Of a DNA stretch of 64,000 nucleotides, positions 47,635-56,620 are shown one piece after another. How positions within the stretch are numbered: the first letter of the stretch is position 1; every line of letters begins with the position of its first letter. The translations under genes and the position numbers were made by a program. Origin of the DNA: Coriobacteriia bacterium. GTDB taxonomy: Bacteria > Actinomycetota > Coriobacteriia > Anaerosomatales > SLCP01. The stretch lies in contig JAUVXE010000003.1 of the NCBI GenBank assembly GCA_030603745.1, positions 131,923 to 195,922 of the forward strand. The letters are read 5' to 3'. The notes below the pieces were generated by a model. It was not told where the DNA came from and ran no database searches. It saw only the letters and a program-made list of their open reading frames with translations.

Positions 47635-48462
47635 CTATCGGCCTCCCGGGCGAGCGTGTCCGCTCCGTCGGTACGGATCCCTCAAGCAGACAAGATACAC
47701 CGTCGCCGCCACGAGGAACGCCACGGAGAGCGTGCCGTAGAGCGCGAGCTCCGCGCCGTCGACCGGCATTCCGTACCGGTGAGGCTTGAGCAGCTCCGCC
47801 AGGGCGAGCGGCGAGAGGATCCCTACGCCCACGATGCACAGCGCCGGGAGCCCCACGATGCCGAGCGCTGCGCGGCGTACCGCGAGCACCGAGCAGATCA
47901 CGAACGCGGGCATGATGAAGACGAGGTCGATCACGAAGACCGAGAACGTGTACTCGATGCGGTCGGCGGCCTCGATGAGCGGGAGGAGGCGTCCGATCCA
48001 CACGATGTTGAACACGATCGCGATCATCACCCCGAACGCGGCGACCCCGAGGTTCACGGCGGAAGGGAGCGAGAGTCGTGTCGGGCGTGAAGAGGCGACA
48101 CGTGTGAGGCCGGCTGCGATCGAGAAGAAGCTCAGCGACAGGATCGCGAGATAGAGCAGGTAGAGCGGCGTGTAGATCTGCTCGATCGAGTAGATGCCGT
48201 ATGCGTAGAACAGGAAGCCGAGGATCCCGAGGGCGACGATCGGCGCACGGTGCCCGGGCTTACCCGAGCGGGCGGCCATCGCCAGAAGCACCGGCGCGGC
48301 GAGTACGACCATGACGTCTTGCGTGAAGACCCCGGGGAGGATCTCGGCGGCCACGACCTGCTCGTACATCGCGGGTGCGGCGATCCCGGTCCCGGCGGCC
48401 ACGAGTGCCAGCATGGCCGTCAGGGACCAGAGTATCCGGTCAAGAGGGGTGGCTGAGGACAT
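47635..48462 (-). CDS. polytopic membrane protein (about 8 TM), function unknown
   Basis: I place the start at the internal Met 48462 (MSSATPLDRILWSL...) after GGAGG. The 625-aa track ORF upstream of this point is Arg/Pro-rich noise. Confidence 0.6.
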   Translation of the reverse strand: MSSATPLDRILWSLTAMLALVAAGTGIAAPAMYEQVVAAEILPGVFTQDVMVVLAAPVLLAMAARSGKPGHRAPIVALGILGFLFYAYGIYSIEQIYTPLYLLYLAILSLSFFSIAAGLTRVASSRPTRLSLPSAVNLGVAAFGVMIAIVFNIVWIGRLLPLIEAADRIEYTFSVFVIDLVFIMPAFVICSVLAVRRAALGIVGLPALCIVGVGILSPLALAELLKPHRYGMPVDGAELALYGTLSVAFLVAATVYLVCLRDPYRRSGHARPGGR

Positions 48463-48473
48463 TGGACCTCCGA

Positions 48474-49415
48474 TCACTTCGAGGAGTGGCGGGGTGCCGG
48501 CGCGAGGCCGTATGCGAGCGTGAGCGATGCCATCAGCACGACCGTGACCACGAGCCCGGCCTCGATCCCGTAGCCGCCCCCGGTCAGCAGCGGTACCGCG
48601 CTCAGCGGAGCGACCCGGAGCAGGGCGCCCTCGGCCGCCCCTCCGCTCACGCTCAGTCCGAGGACGACGCCGAGCGTGTAGTTCCATGAGCTGTGGACCG
48701 CGGCCACCAGCCAGATGCTGCCCCGCCACATGAACAGCACGCACATCAGCACCGCGAAGAGCATCGTGTTCACGAAGCCGATGAGCGCGGCCGCCCCGCC
48801 GGCGGCGAGCAGGCCGGGCAGGTGCGGCGTCACGAACACGAGCGAGCTCACGAGGACCGCGCGCAGGGTGGTGGTCGACTCGACGAGCCGGGTGAGGAGG
48901 TAGCCGCGCGCGAGGAGTTCCTCGGCGAAGCCCTGGATCGCATAGCCGACGAGCAGCACGAGCCCCGCTGGAAGCGCGTCGGCCCCGGCCGTGCCGGCGA
49001 AGCTGAAGCCGCCGAGCCCGAACACGAGGCCCGCGCTTGCGAGCACCGCTGCCGCCCCGGCCGCCGCCCCGGCGGCATAGTCTTGCGCGCCGCCGTGCCT
49101 CGTGAGGCCGATCTCGCCGAGGGGGCGGCCGAGGATCCGGACCCAGTACGCCATCGCTCCGAGCGCGAACATCGCGAACCCGTAGAGGGGCGCGGCCCGG
49201 GTCAGCAGCGTGTCGGGGATGGCTGCGGCGCGCAGGTCGATGCCGGCCGCGAACAGTACCGCGACGATCACCGCTTCGGCCGCAAGGGCGGATGCGAGGT
49301 AGATGAGGAGGAAGCCGCCCACAGCCCCGCGGATCCCGCCGCGCGGGGGGCGGACCGATGACAGGAGCGTCATGAGCGGGTTTCGGCGGATGACGTGACT
49401 TGGTGCTTCTGGCAT
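48474..49415 (-). CDS. CPBP family intramembrane glutamic endopeptidase (CAAX protease/bacteriocin-immunity type)
   Basis: The motifs are GFAEELLARGY (EExxxR), FVTPH (FxxxH) and HSSWN (HxxxN/D). Confidence 0.8.
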   Translation of the reverse strand: MPEAPSHVIRRNPLMTLLSSVRPPRGGIRGAVGGFLLIYLASALAAEAVIVAVLFAAGIDLRAAAIPDTLLTRAAPLYGFAMFALGAMAYWVRILGRPLGEIGLTRHGGAQDYAAGAAAGAAAVLASAGLVFGLGGFSFAGTAGADALPAGLVLLVGYAIQGFAEELLARGYLLTRLVESTTTLRAVLVSSLVFVTPHLPGLLAAGGAAALIGFVNTMLFAVLMCVLFMWRGSIWLVAAVHSSWNYTLGVVLGLSVSGGAAEGALLRVAPLSAVPLLTGGGYGIEAGLVVTVVLMASLTLAYGLAPAPRHSSK

Positions 49416-49438
49416 GGATCCCCCGTTCGGATCGACGT

Positions 49439-49470
49439 CTGGTGATGCAAGTGAACGCTTGCATCACCAG
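49439..49470. repeat. perfect 13-bp inverted repeat CTGGTGATGCAAG-tgaacg-CTTGCATCACCAG (operator or 5'-UTR hairpin)
   Basis: Read directly from the sequence. It lies 24 nt upstream of the CPBP start codon. A related GCAAG-n6-CTTGCAT site lies at 49495-49512. Confidence 0.5.
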
Positions 49471-49634
49471 AGATACCATGAGTGCGGGCGGATAGCAAGC
49501 AGGTACTTGCATACATTCGTTCTTGTGGCATTCGAGAGGCGTGTCCGCTCGAGGTCCTCGGGTGTCGGTGGTGGGTATCTAGTCCGATGCGGGGCGAGTC
49601 GGTGGAGACGGCGGAGACGCACCGCGCGAGGGGG

Positions 49635-50627
49635 ATGAGTGAGATGGCGAACCCGCATCGACCGGATCTCGTCCACGCCGGACCTGAGGCGGCGGCGCCA
49701 CAGGCGACGAAGCGTGTCCCCACCGCGTCGCGCGGGCAGACGGTCGCCGAGGTCCTCGGCGCGCTGCCGGGCGTGGAGTACGACACCGCCGCGGTGGTGG
49801 TAGTACTCGACGGAGGGCGACTGGAGGGGGTCGTCAGCATCGAGTCGCTGTTCGCCGCGCCCGGGGACCGGACCCTCGGCGAGTTGATGGACCCTGAGCC
49901 GCCCACCGTCGGGCCCGGGGTCGATCAGGAGATCGCCGCGTGGCGCGCGGTGCGGCGGGGGGAGTCCGTTCTCACGGTCTCAGGGGAGGAGGGCGACTAC
50001 CGTGGCGTGATCCCGGCGGACCGTCTCCTTGAGATCCTGCTCACGGAGCATGACGAGGACCTGACTCGGCTCGGTGGTCTTCTCAAGGACACCGCGAGCG
50101 CGCGCTCGGCGAGCCTGGAGCCCGTCCCGCGCCGCTTTCGTCACCGGCTGCCCTGGCTGGTGCTCGGCCTCGCGGGCGCACTGCTGGCGGCGGGGTTCGT
50201 CGCCCGTTTCGAGGACGCGTTGCAGAGGACCGTCATGCTCGCCTTCTTCATGCCGGGCATCGTGTATCTGGCAGACGCCGTAGGGACCCAGACTGAGACC
50301 GTGGTCGTCAGGGGGTTGTCGGTGGGCGTGTCGATCCGCAGGATGGTCGTCCGTGAGCTTGCCGCGGGGCTCGCCGTGGGAGTCGCGCTCGCGATCATCG
50401 CATGGCCGCTGATCCTCGTGCTGTGGGGAGAGCGGGTGGTGGCCACGGTGGTCGCGCTTGCGCTGTTCGCGGCATGCTCCACGGCGACGGTCGCTGCGAT
50501 GGCACTTCCCTGGGCGTTCAACAGGTTCGGGCGGGATCCCGCGTTTGGAAGCGGCCCCCTGGCGACCGTGGTGCAGGACCTTCTCTCGATCGTGATCTAC
50601 TTCTCGATCGCGTCGGTGCTCTCCTGA
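49635..50627 (+). CDS. MgtE-like divalent cation transporter lacking the canonical N domain (CBS region + MgtE TM domain)
   Basis: FFMPGIVYLADAVGTQTE...GSGPLATVVQDLLSIVIYFSIA. I chose the start ATG 49635 after GAGGGGG; 49587 is the alternative. Confidence 0.75.
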   Translation: MSEMANPHRPDLVHAGPEAAAPQATKRVPTASRGQTVAEVLGALPGVEYDTAAVVVVLDGGRLEGVVSIESLFAAPGDRTLGELMDPEPPTVGPGVDQEIAAWRAVRRGESVLTVSGEEGDYRGVIPADRLLEILLTEHDEDLTRLGGLLKDTASARSASLEPVPRRFRHRLPWLVLGLAGALLAAGFVARFEDALQRTVMLAFFMPGIVYLADAVGTQTETVVVRGLSVGVSIRRMVVRELAAGLAVGVALAIIAWPLILVLWGERVVATVVALALFAACSTATVAAMALPWAFNRFGRDPAFGSGPLATVVQDLLSIVIYFSIASVLS

Positions 50628-51253
50628 CCCTCGGCCATCCATGCGCGCAGCCACTGCTCCATCGACGCGTCGACCATGTGGATGAGGCGGCGCTTGGCCT
50701 CCTCGGCGGGGATCGCCTCGCCGATGGGGCCGAACATCCGTCCGCCGATGATGAGCGACACGAGCCCGTGGTTCGTCGCCCACGAGAGGCTCACGATCTC
50801 CTGGACCGACTCCGAGGGGCGCAGCACGCCCTCGTCCATGAGCTGCTGCACCGCCTCGAGGTAGCGGAGGTAGGAGCGGCGCCGCGCGCCGGAGCGGTCG
50901 GGGGAGTAGCCATGGGGGCGCTCGAACATCAGGCGGTAGAGGTTGGGGTGCTCGATTCCCCACACCACGTACGCGCGCGCACGCGCACGTAGGACCTCGA
51001 CGCCCGAAAGGCCGGCGACCGCCTGCTCCTGTGACTCGCCGAACCAGTCGAACGCGCGGTCGACCGCGGCCTCGAGCAGCTGGCCCTTGTCCTTGTAGTA
51101 GAGGTAGATCGTCGTCGCGCTGATGCCGAGCTTCTCGGCCACGTCGCGGAGCTTCAGGGCCTCGAAGCCCTGCTCGTCGATGAGGTCCGTGGTCACGCGG
51201 AGGATGTCCACCGCCAGTGCCGGGTTCGCCGGACGTGCTGCCATGTTGATCAC
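50597..51253 (-). CDS. TetR family transcriptional regulator
   Basis: ILRVTTDLIDEQGFEALKLRDVAEKLGISATTIYLYYKDK is the TetR HTH. Confidence 0.85.
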   Translation of the reverse strand: MINMAARPANPALAVDILRVTTDLIDEQGFEALKLRDVAEKLGISATTIYLYYKDKGQLLEAAVDRAFDWFGESQEQAVAGLSGVEVLRARARAYVVWGIEHPNLYRLMFERPHGYSPDRSGARRRSYLRYLEAVQQLMDEGVLRPSESVQEIVSLSWATNHGLVSLIIGGRMFGPIGEAIPAEEAKRRLIHMVDASMEQWLRAWMAEGQESTDAIEK

Positions 51254-51332
51254 CTGTCCCTTGTACGCCTACGTCCGTAACTTAACCGAGTTCTGTAATG
51301 AGCGTCAAGCCGAAAATACTTTGAAAAAGGCG

Positions 51333-51371
51333 TTGACAGCCGAGAATGACGGGAGTAAGTTAACGCCCGTC
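51333..51371 (+). promoter_or_regulatory. sigma-70-like promoter TTGACA-17-TAAGTT with an embedded inverted repeat GACGGG-n12-CCCGTC (candidate TetR operator)
   Basis: The -35 box is at 51333-51338 and the -10 box at 51356-51361. The inverted-repeat arms at 51348-51353 and 51366-51371 bracket the -10. Related GTTAAGTTA(C/A) motifs occur at about 51281 and 51381. Confidence 0.5.
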
Positions 51372-51425
51372 AGATAACACCGTTAAGTTAAAGACGCGCA
51401 CAGCGTCCAGGGAGGAGAGGGAACC

Positions 51426-52589
<1,164 letters not shown>

Positions 52590-52692
52590 TCGCGGGGAGG
52601 GGGCGCAAACCCGCGCGGCATCGATCGATCGCACCGCTACGACCGACATGGCGCGGGCCCGCACGCGGCCCGCGATCAGGAGAGGAACAGAG

Positions 52693-53424
52693 ATGACCGA
52701 GAAGATCATCGAGGTCCGTGACCTCAAGAAGCGCTACACCCTCGGCAAGGGAAACCACGTCGACGCACTGCGCGGAGCGTCGCTCGAGATCCGCGCCGGC
52801 GAGATGGTCGCCATCATGGGGCCGAGCGGGTCGGGCAAGTCCACGATGATGCACATCGTGGGGTGTCTCGACTCGCCGGACAGCGGCACCGTGACGGTGG
52901 GCGGGCGTCGGGTCGACGGCGTGCGCGGCACCGAGCTCGCTACGTTGCGCGGCTCCGAGATCGGCTTCATCTTCCAGGGCTTCAACCTCATCCCCACGCT
53001 CGACGCGGTGGAGAACGTGGCGCTCGCGGCGGAGTACGCCGGCGTGCGGCGCCGTGAGGCCATCGAGCGCGCCGAGGGGCTTTTGCGCCTCGTGGGCCTC
53101 GGCGAGCGGATGCGCCACGTGCCGAGCGAGCTCTCCGGCGGACAGCAGCAGCGTGTCGCGATCGCGCGGGCGCTCGTGAACCGGCCGAGCATCATCCTCG
53201 GCGACGAGCCGACCGGCGACCTCGACACCGCCACGAGCGAGGAGATCGTCGGGCTCATGCGCGACATCAACACGCGCACCGGCACGACGTTCGTGCTCGT
53301 GACGCACAACCCCGAGGTGGCCGCGGCGTGCGACCGGACGATCCTGATGCGCGACGGCGCGGTCGAGGACCACGGTGAGCCCGTGTTCGACGTGGTCGAG
53401 GCCGCCGAGGCGTGCCTGGCGTGA
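52693..53424 (+). CDS. ABC transporter ATP-binding protein (MacB/LolD-like)
   Basis: Walker A GPSGSGKST, the signature LSGGQQQRVAIARAL, and Walker B IILGDEPTGDLD. Confidence 0.9.
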   Translation: MTEKIIEVRDLKKRYTLGKGNHVDALRGASLEIRAGEMVAIMGPSGSGKSTMMHIVGCLDSPDSGTVTVGGRRVDGVRGTELATLRGSEIGFIFQGFNLIPTLDAVENVALAAEYAGVRRREAIERAEGLLRLVGLGERMRHVPSELSGGQQQRVAIARALVNRPSIILGDEPTGDLDTATSEEIVGLMRDINTRTGTTFVLVTHNPEVAAACDRTILMRDGAVEDHGEPVFDVVEAAEACLA

Positions 53425-53497
53425 CAGCGACGCGCTCCGGGGCTGGGTGGCGTGCCGTCCGACCCCGGAGCGCGAAGGCCGACGAGAGGTGAGAGGG

Positions 53498-54169
53498 ATG
53501 AGTATCGATCCGGTCATGGACCACATGGGCAACTGGTGGGCGGTCGTCGTGTGGGTGCTGCTCTTCGGCGTCTTCCTGCTCTTCACCCCCTTCTACAAGA
53601 AGAGCGGCGTCAAGCCCAACGGCGCGTTCATGGCGTTCGTGGTGGCGCTCGCGCTCGAGATGTTCGGCGTGCCGCTCTCGATGTACGCGCTCTCGGCGGT
53701 CCTCGGCAGGTACATGCCTGACGGGATCCTGTGGGGGCATACGCTCGTGGGTCACGTGGGACTCGCGGGCACACAGATCGCGCTCGTGCTCTACCTGCTG
53801 GCGCTCGGGCTGGTGGTCGCGGGATGGCGCGCGATCTACCGTGACTACTGGAGCCGCGGCCGAGGGGAGGGCACGCTCGTCACGAGCGGCATCTACCGCT
53901 ACATCCGCCACCCGCAGTACACCGGCTTCGCGCTCGCGACGCTCGGCATGCTCTTCGAGTGGGCCACGCTGCCCACGCTCGTGATGTGGCCGATCCTCAT
54001 GGTGATCTACTACCGGCTCGCCCGTCGCGAGGAGGCCGACATGCGCGAGGAGTTCGGGGCCGCCTACGACGAGTACGCGGCGCGCACCGGGATGTTCCTG
54101 CCGACCAAGGCGTTCCCGTCGCGCGCCCGGGCAGGGGCGCTGACCTCTCAGACGGAGCGTCGAGCTTAA
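53498..54169 (+). CDS. isoprenylcysteine carboxyl methyltransferase (ICMT)/phospholipid methyltransferase family membrane protein
   Basis: TSGIYRYIRHPQYTGF...EEADMREEFGAAYDEY is the ICMT family signature. ATG at 53498. Confidence 0.8.
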   Translation: MSIDPVMDHMGNWWAVVVWVLLFGVFLLFTPFYKKSGVKPNGAFMAFVVALALEMFGVPLSMYALSAVLGRYMPDGILWGHTLVGHVGLAGTQIALVLYLLALGLVVAGWRAIYRDYWSRGRGEGTLVTSGIYRYIRHPQYTGFALATLGMLFEWATLPTLVMWPILMVIYYRLARREEADMREEFGAAYDEYAARTGMFLPTKAFPSRARAGALTSQTERRA

Positions 54170-54247
54170 CAATGTCAAGTGAAAGATTGACAATCTCAAT
54201 GCGTGGGTAGATTATGGTCATGAATCCTGAGAGGGGAGTGACCACCG

Positions 54248-54622
54248 GTGGCGAACGACTGGCATGAGCTGACCGACCTGACCGGCACCCGCGAGTTCGT
54301 GGTGACCGGGGTGCGCCTCAAGGACAGCGGCGTGGGGATATCGGGCGAGTTCGAGCTCCCGCCGCTGGCCGGCCTGCGCTACGAGGACCAGGTGTTCGTG
54401 GCGGAGTTCGTGCGGCGCCACGGCTCGATCAAGCAGATGGAGCGGGCGTTCGGCGTGAGCTACCCCACCATCAAGAACCGCCTGAACCGCATCGCGGGCG
54501 AACTCTCGCTCGTGAGCGTCGAGGTCGAGCCGGCCGGGGATCCGAGCGCCCACGACACGCTCGACCTGCTCGAGCGCGGCGAGATCACCGCCGCCGAGGC
54601 CGCCGGGAGGCTCCGCCGATGA
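54248..54622 (+). CDS. DUF2089 family HTH protein
   Basis: ISGEFELPPLA...QVFVAEFVRRHGSIKQMERAFGVSYPTIKNRLNRI. A candidate promoter TTGACA-17-GATTAT lies at 54187-54215. Confidence 0.8.
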   Translation: MANDWHELTDLTGTREFVVTGVRLKDSGVGISGEFELPPLAGLRYEDQVFVAEFVRRHGSIKQMERAFGVSYPTIKNRLNRIAGELSLVSVEVEPAGDPSAHDTLDLLERGEITAAEAAGRLRR

Positions 54623-54909
54623 ACGCCTTCCTGCCGCCGCTCGTCATCGACGTGCGTGTCCGCGAGGAGGGCAGGCGCGTGTTCTGGATGTGGCTTCCGG
54701 TCGTGCTGCTCTGGCCGCTCCTGTTCGTGCTGCTCGCGCTCGCCCTGCTCGTGGCGGTCGTCCTCGACCTCGCGCTCTGGCTCGGCGGCGCTCCGTTCCA
54801 CCGCGTCACCGCCGCGCTGCTCGGCTCGCTTCGCGTGCTCTCCGCCGTGCGCGGCACCCGCGTGCGGGTCGACAGCGACACCACCTACATCCGCGTGAAC
54901 ATCTACTGA
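54619..54909 (+). CDS. small two-TM membrane protein, unknown function
   Basis: It overlaps the DUF2089 stop (ATGA) and has the hydrophobic core FWMWLPVVLLWPLLFVLLALALLVAVVLDLALWL. Confidence 0.55.
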   Translation: MNAFLPPLVIDVRVREEGRRVFWMWLPVVLLWPLLFVLLALALLVAVVLDLALWLGGAPFHRVTAALLGSLRVLSAVRGTRVRVDSDTTYIRVNIY

Positions 54910-54925
54910 AGGGGAGTCGAGAACC

Positions 54926-55369
54926 ATGAGTGAGGACCGCAAGCGCATCCTCGGCATGCTCGCCGAGGGCAAGATCACCGCCGAGGAGGCCGAGACCCTG
55001 CTCGACGCCGTGCACTCGGCGGCCGTGAGCGAGCCGGCGCCCGAGCCCGTCTCCTCCGACGAGTGGCCCGAGGGCCCCTCGGCCACCGGCGCCACGCCGA
55101 GGTTCCTCTACGTCAAGGTCACCGGCGGCGCGGACAAGGTCGACGTGAAGATCCCGCTCGCCGTCCTGCGTGCGGGACTCAAGCTCACGTCGCTCATCCC
55201 GTCCCAGGCGCTCGACCAGATCAACGATTCGATCGGCGAGCACGGCATGTCGATCGACCTCAACAACATCAAGCCCGAAGACATCGAGACGCTCATCGAG
55301 AGCCTCCGCGAGATGGAGATCAACGTGCAGAGCGACTCGGGCGAGCACGTGCGGGTCTTCTGCGCGTAG
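54926..55369 (+). CDS. SHOCT-like / LiaX-YvlB N-terminal-like domain protein
   Basis: RKRILGMLAEGKITAEEAETLLDAV is the SHOCT-like motif. It is followed by an acidic linker and a beta-rich C-terminal domain. Confidence 0.6.
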   Translation: MSEDRKRILGMLAEGKITAEEAETLLDAVHSAAVSEPAPEPVSSDEWPEGPSATGATPRFLYVKVTGGADKVDVKIPLAVLRAGLKLTSLIPSQALDQINDSIGEHGMSIDLNNIKPEDIETLIESLREMEINVQSDSGEHVRVFCA

Positions 55370-55442
55370 TCGCGCACGGGCCCGGGCGGCGAGGGGTTGT
55401 CCTCGGCGGGCGGTGTGGGATACTCTATCCAACAACGTTTGA

Positions 55443-56111
55443 TTGACGGATGACCTGGAGACGCCCGTGGCCCCCCGCAAGTCAGGACAGGATGTGCTCA
55501 CCCGCGAGCGGATCGTGGCCGCCGCCCTCGCCCTCGTCGACGCCGAGGGCGCGGACGCGCTGTCGATGCGCCGCCTCGGCGCGGAGCTCGCCGTCGACGC
55601 GAGCAGCATCTACTACCACGTGCCCAACAAGGCGGCGCTCGAGGACCTCGTGGTCGACGCGGTCATGTCCGAGGTCGACCTTTCGGCCGACGACCCCGCC
55701 GCCCCGCCGCCCGCGCGGGTTCTCACGGCGCTTCGCGGCATGGCCGAGGCCCTGTTCGCGCACCCGCGCACGCTGCCGCTCTTCGCCTCCCGCTCGCTCA
55801 CCACGCCCGAGAGCCTGCGCCCGATCGAGCACCTCATCGGCGTCATGCGCGAGACCGGCATGAACTACCCGCGCTGCGTCGCGGCGGTCAACGCCCTCTC
55901 CTTCTACGTGCTCGGCGCCACCACCGCCCAGGCGGTGGGCATGCTCGAGGAGGATCGCGACGCACGTGCCGCCGCAGCGCTCGCCGCGCTTCCCGCCGAG
56001 GAGTTCCCGCACATCACGGCGGCGATCGCCACGCCCGGACTCCTCGGCGACGCGGAGGAGTTCGAGCTCGGCGCGCGCGCGATGATCGCGGGGCTGCTCG
56101 CCGAGGGGTGA
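55443..56111 (+). CDS. TetR/AcrR family transcriptional regulator
   Basis: RERIVAAALALVDAEGADALSMRRLGAELAVDASSIYYHVPNK. The start is TTG at 55443 or GTG at 55467. Confidence 0.8.
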   Translation: MTDDLETPVAPRKSGQDVLTRERIVAAALALVDAEGADALSMRRLGAELAVDASSIYYHVPNKAALEDLVVDAVMSEVDLSADDPAAPPPARVLTALRGMAEALFAHPRTLPLFASRSLTTPESLRPIEHLIGVMRETGMNYPRCVAAVNALSFYVLGATTAQAVGMLEEDRDARAAAALAALPAEEFPHITAAIATPGLLGDAEEFELGARAMIAGLLAEG

Positions 56112-56173
56112 GGCGGAACACGTACGTGGTGGAGGGCCGGATCGGGCCCCCGCTCCGGAGAGGAGGACTCACG

Positions 56174-56566
56174 ATGACGGGCAAGTCGGTCGCCGAGAAG
56201 GCACGCGTGAAGGCGGGGACACGCTTCGCGCTCCTCGAGGACGCAGCCCCCGGGGTGGTGGACTCGCTCGGGCTTCCCGCGGACGTCCGCTGGGTCGACG
56301 ATCCCGCCGAGGCCGACGCGATCCTCGTGTTCGTGAACTCGCGCGCCGAGCTCGACTCTCGCATGCTGCCCGCCGTCGAGGCCCTGCGACCCGGGGTCGC
56401 GCTGTGGGTGTTCTTCCGCAAGGGCTCGCGGGCCGCCGGGCTCGACATGAACCGCGACGACGTCTGGGCCATCGCCGAGGACGCGGGTCTCAGGCCGCTC
56501 GGTCTCCTCGGCGTGGACGAGGTCTGGTCGGTGTTCCGATTGCGGCGCGCGACGGCGGGCCGGTGA
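56174..56566 (+). CDS. DUF3052-like protein
   Basis: ADAILVFVNSRAEL...LRPGVALWVFFRK...WSVFRL matches my recollection of the DUF3052 pattern. The ATG follows GGAGAGGAGG. Confidence 0.65.
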   Translation: MTGKSVAEKARVKAGTRFALLEDAAPGVVDSLGLPADVRWVDDPAEADAILVFVNSRAELDSRMLPAVEALRPGVALWVFFRKGSRAAGLDMNRDDVWAIAEDAGLRPLGLLGVDEVWSVFRLRRATAGR

Positions 56567-56620
56567 GCCCCGGACAGGGCTGAGTCCCGACCCGCCGTGC
56601 TGTTCCGTCAGGCCGGGCCG

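Noticed and set aside
47635-49512. 625-aa minus-strand ORF read as a single large protein.
   Set aside because: Its N-terminal 349 aa are Arg/Pro/Gly noise overlapping the real CPBP gene in another frame. A GGAGG-preceded internal Met at 48462 begins a clean 8-TM protein.
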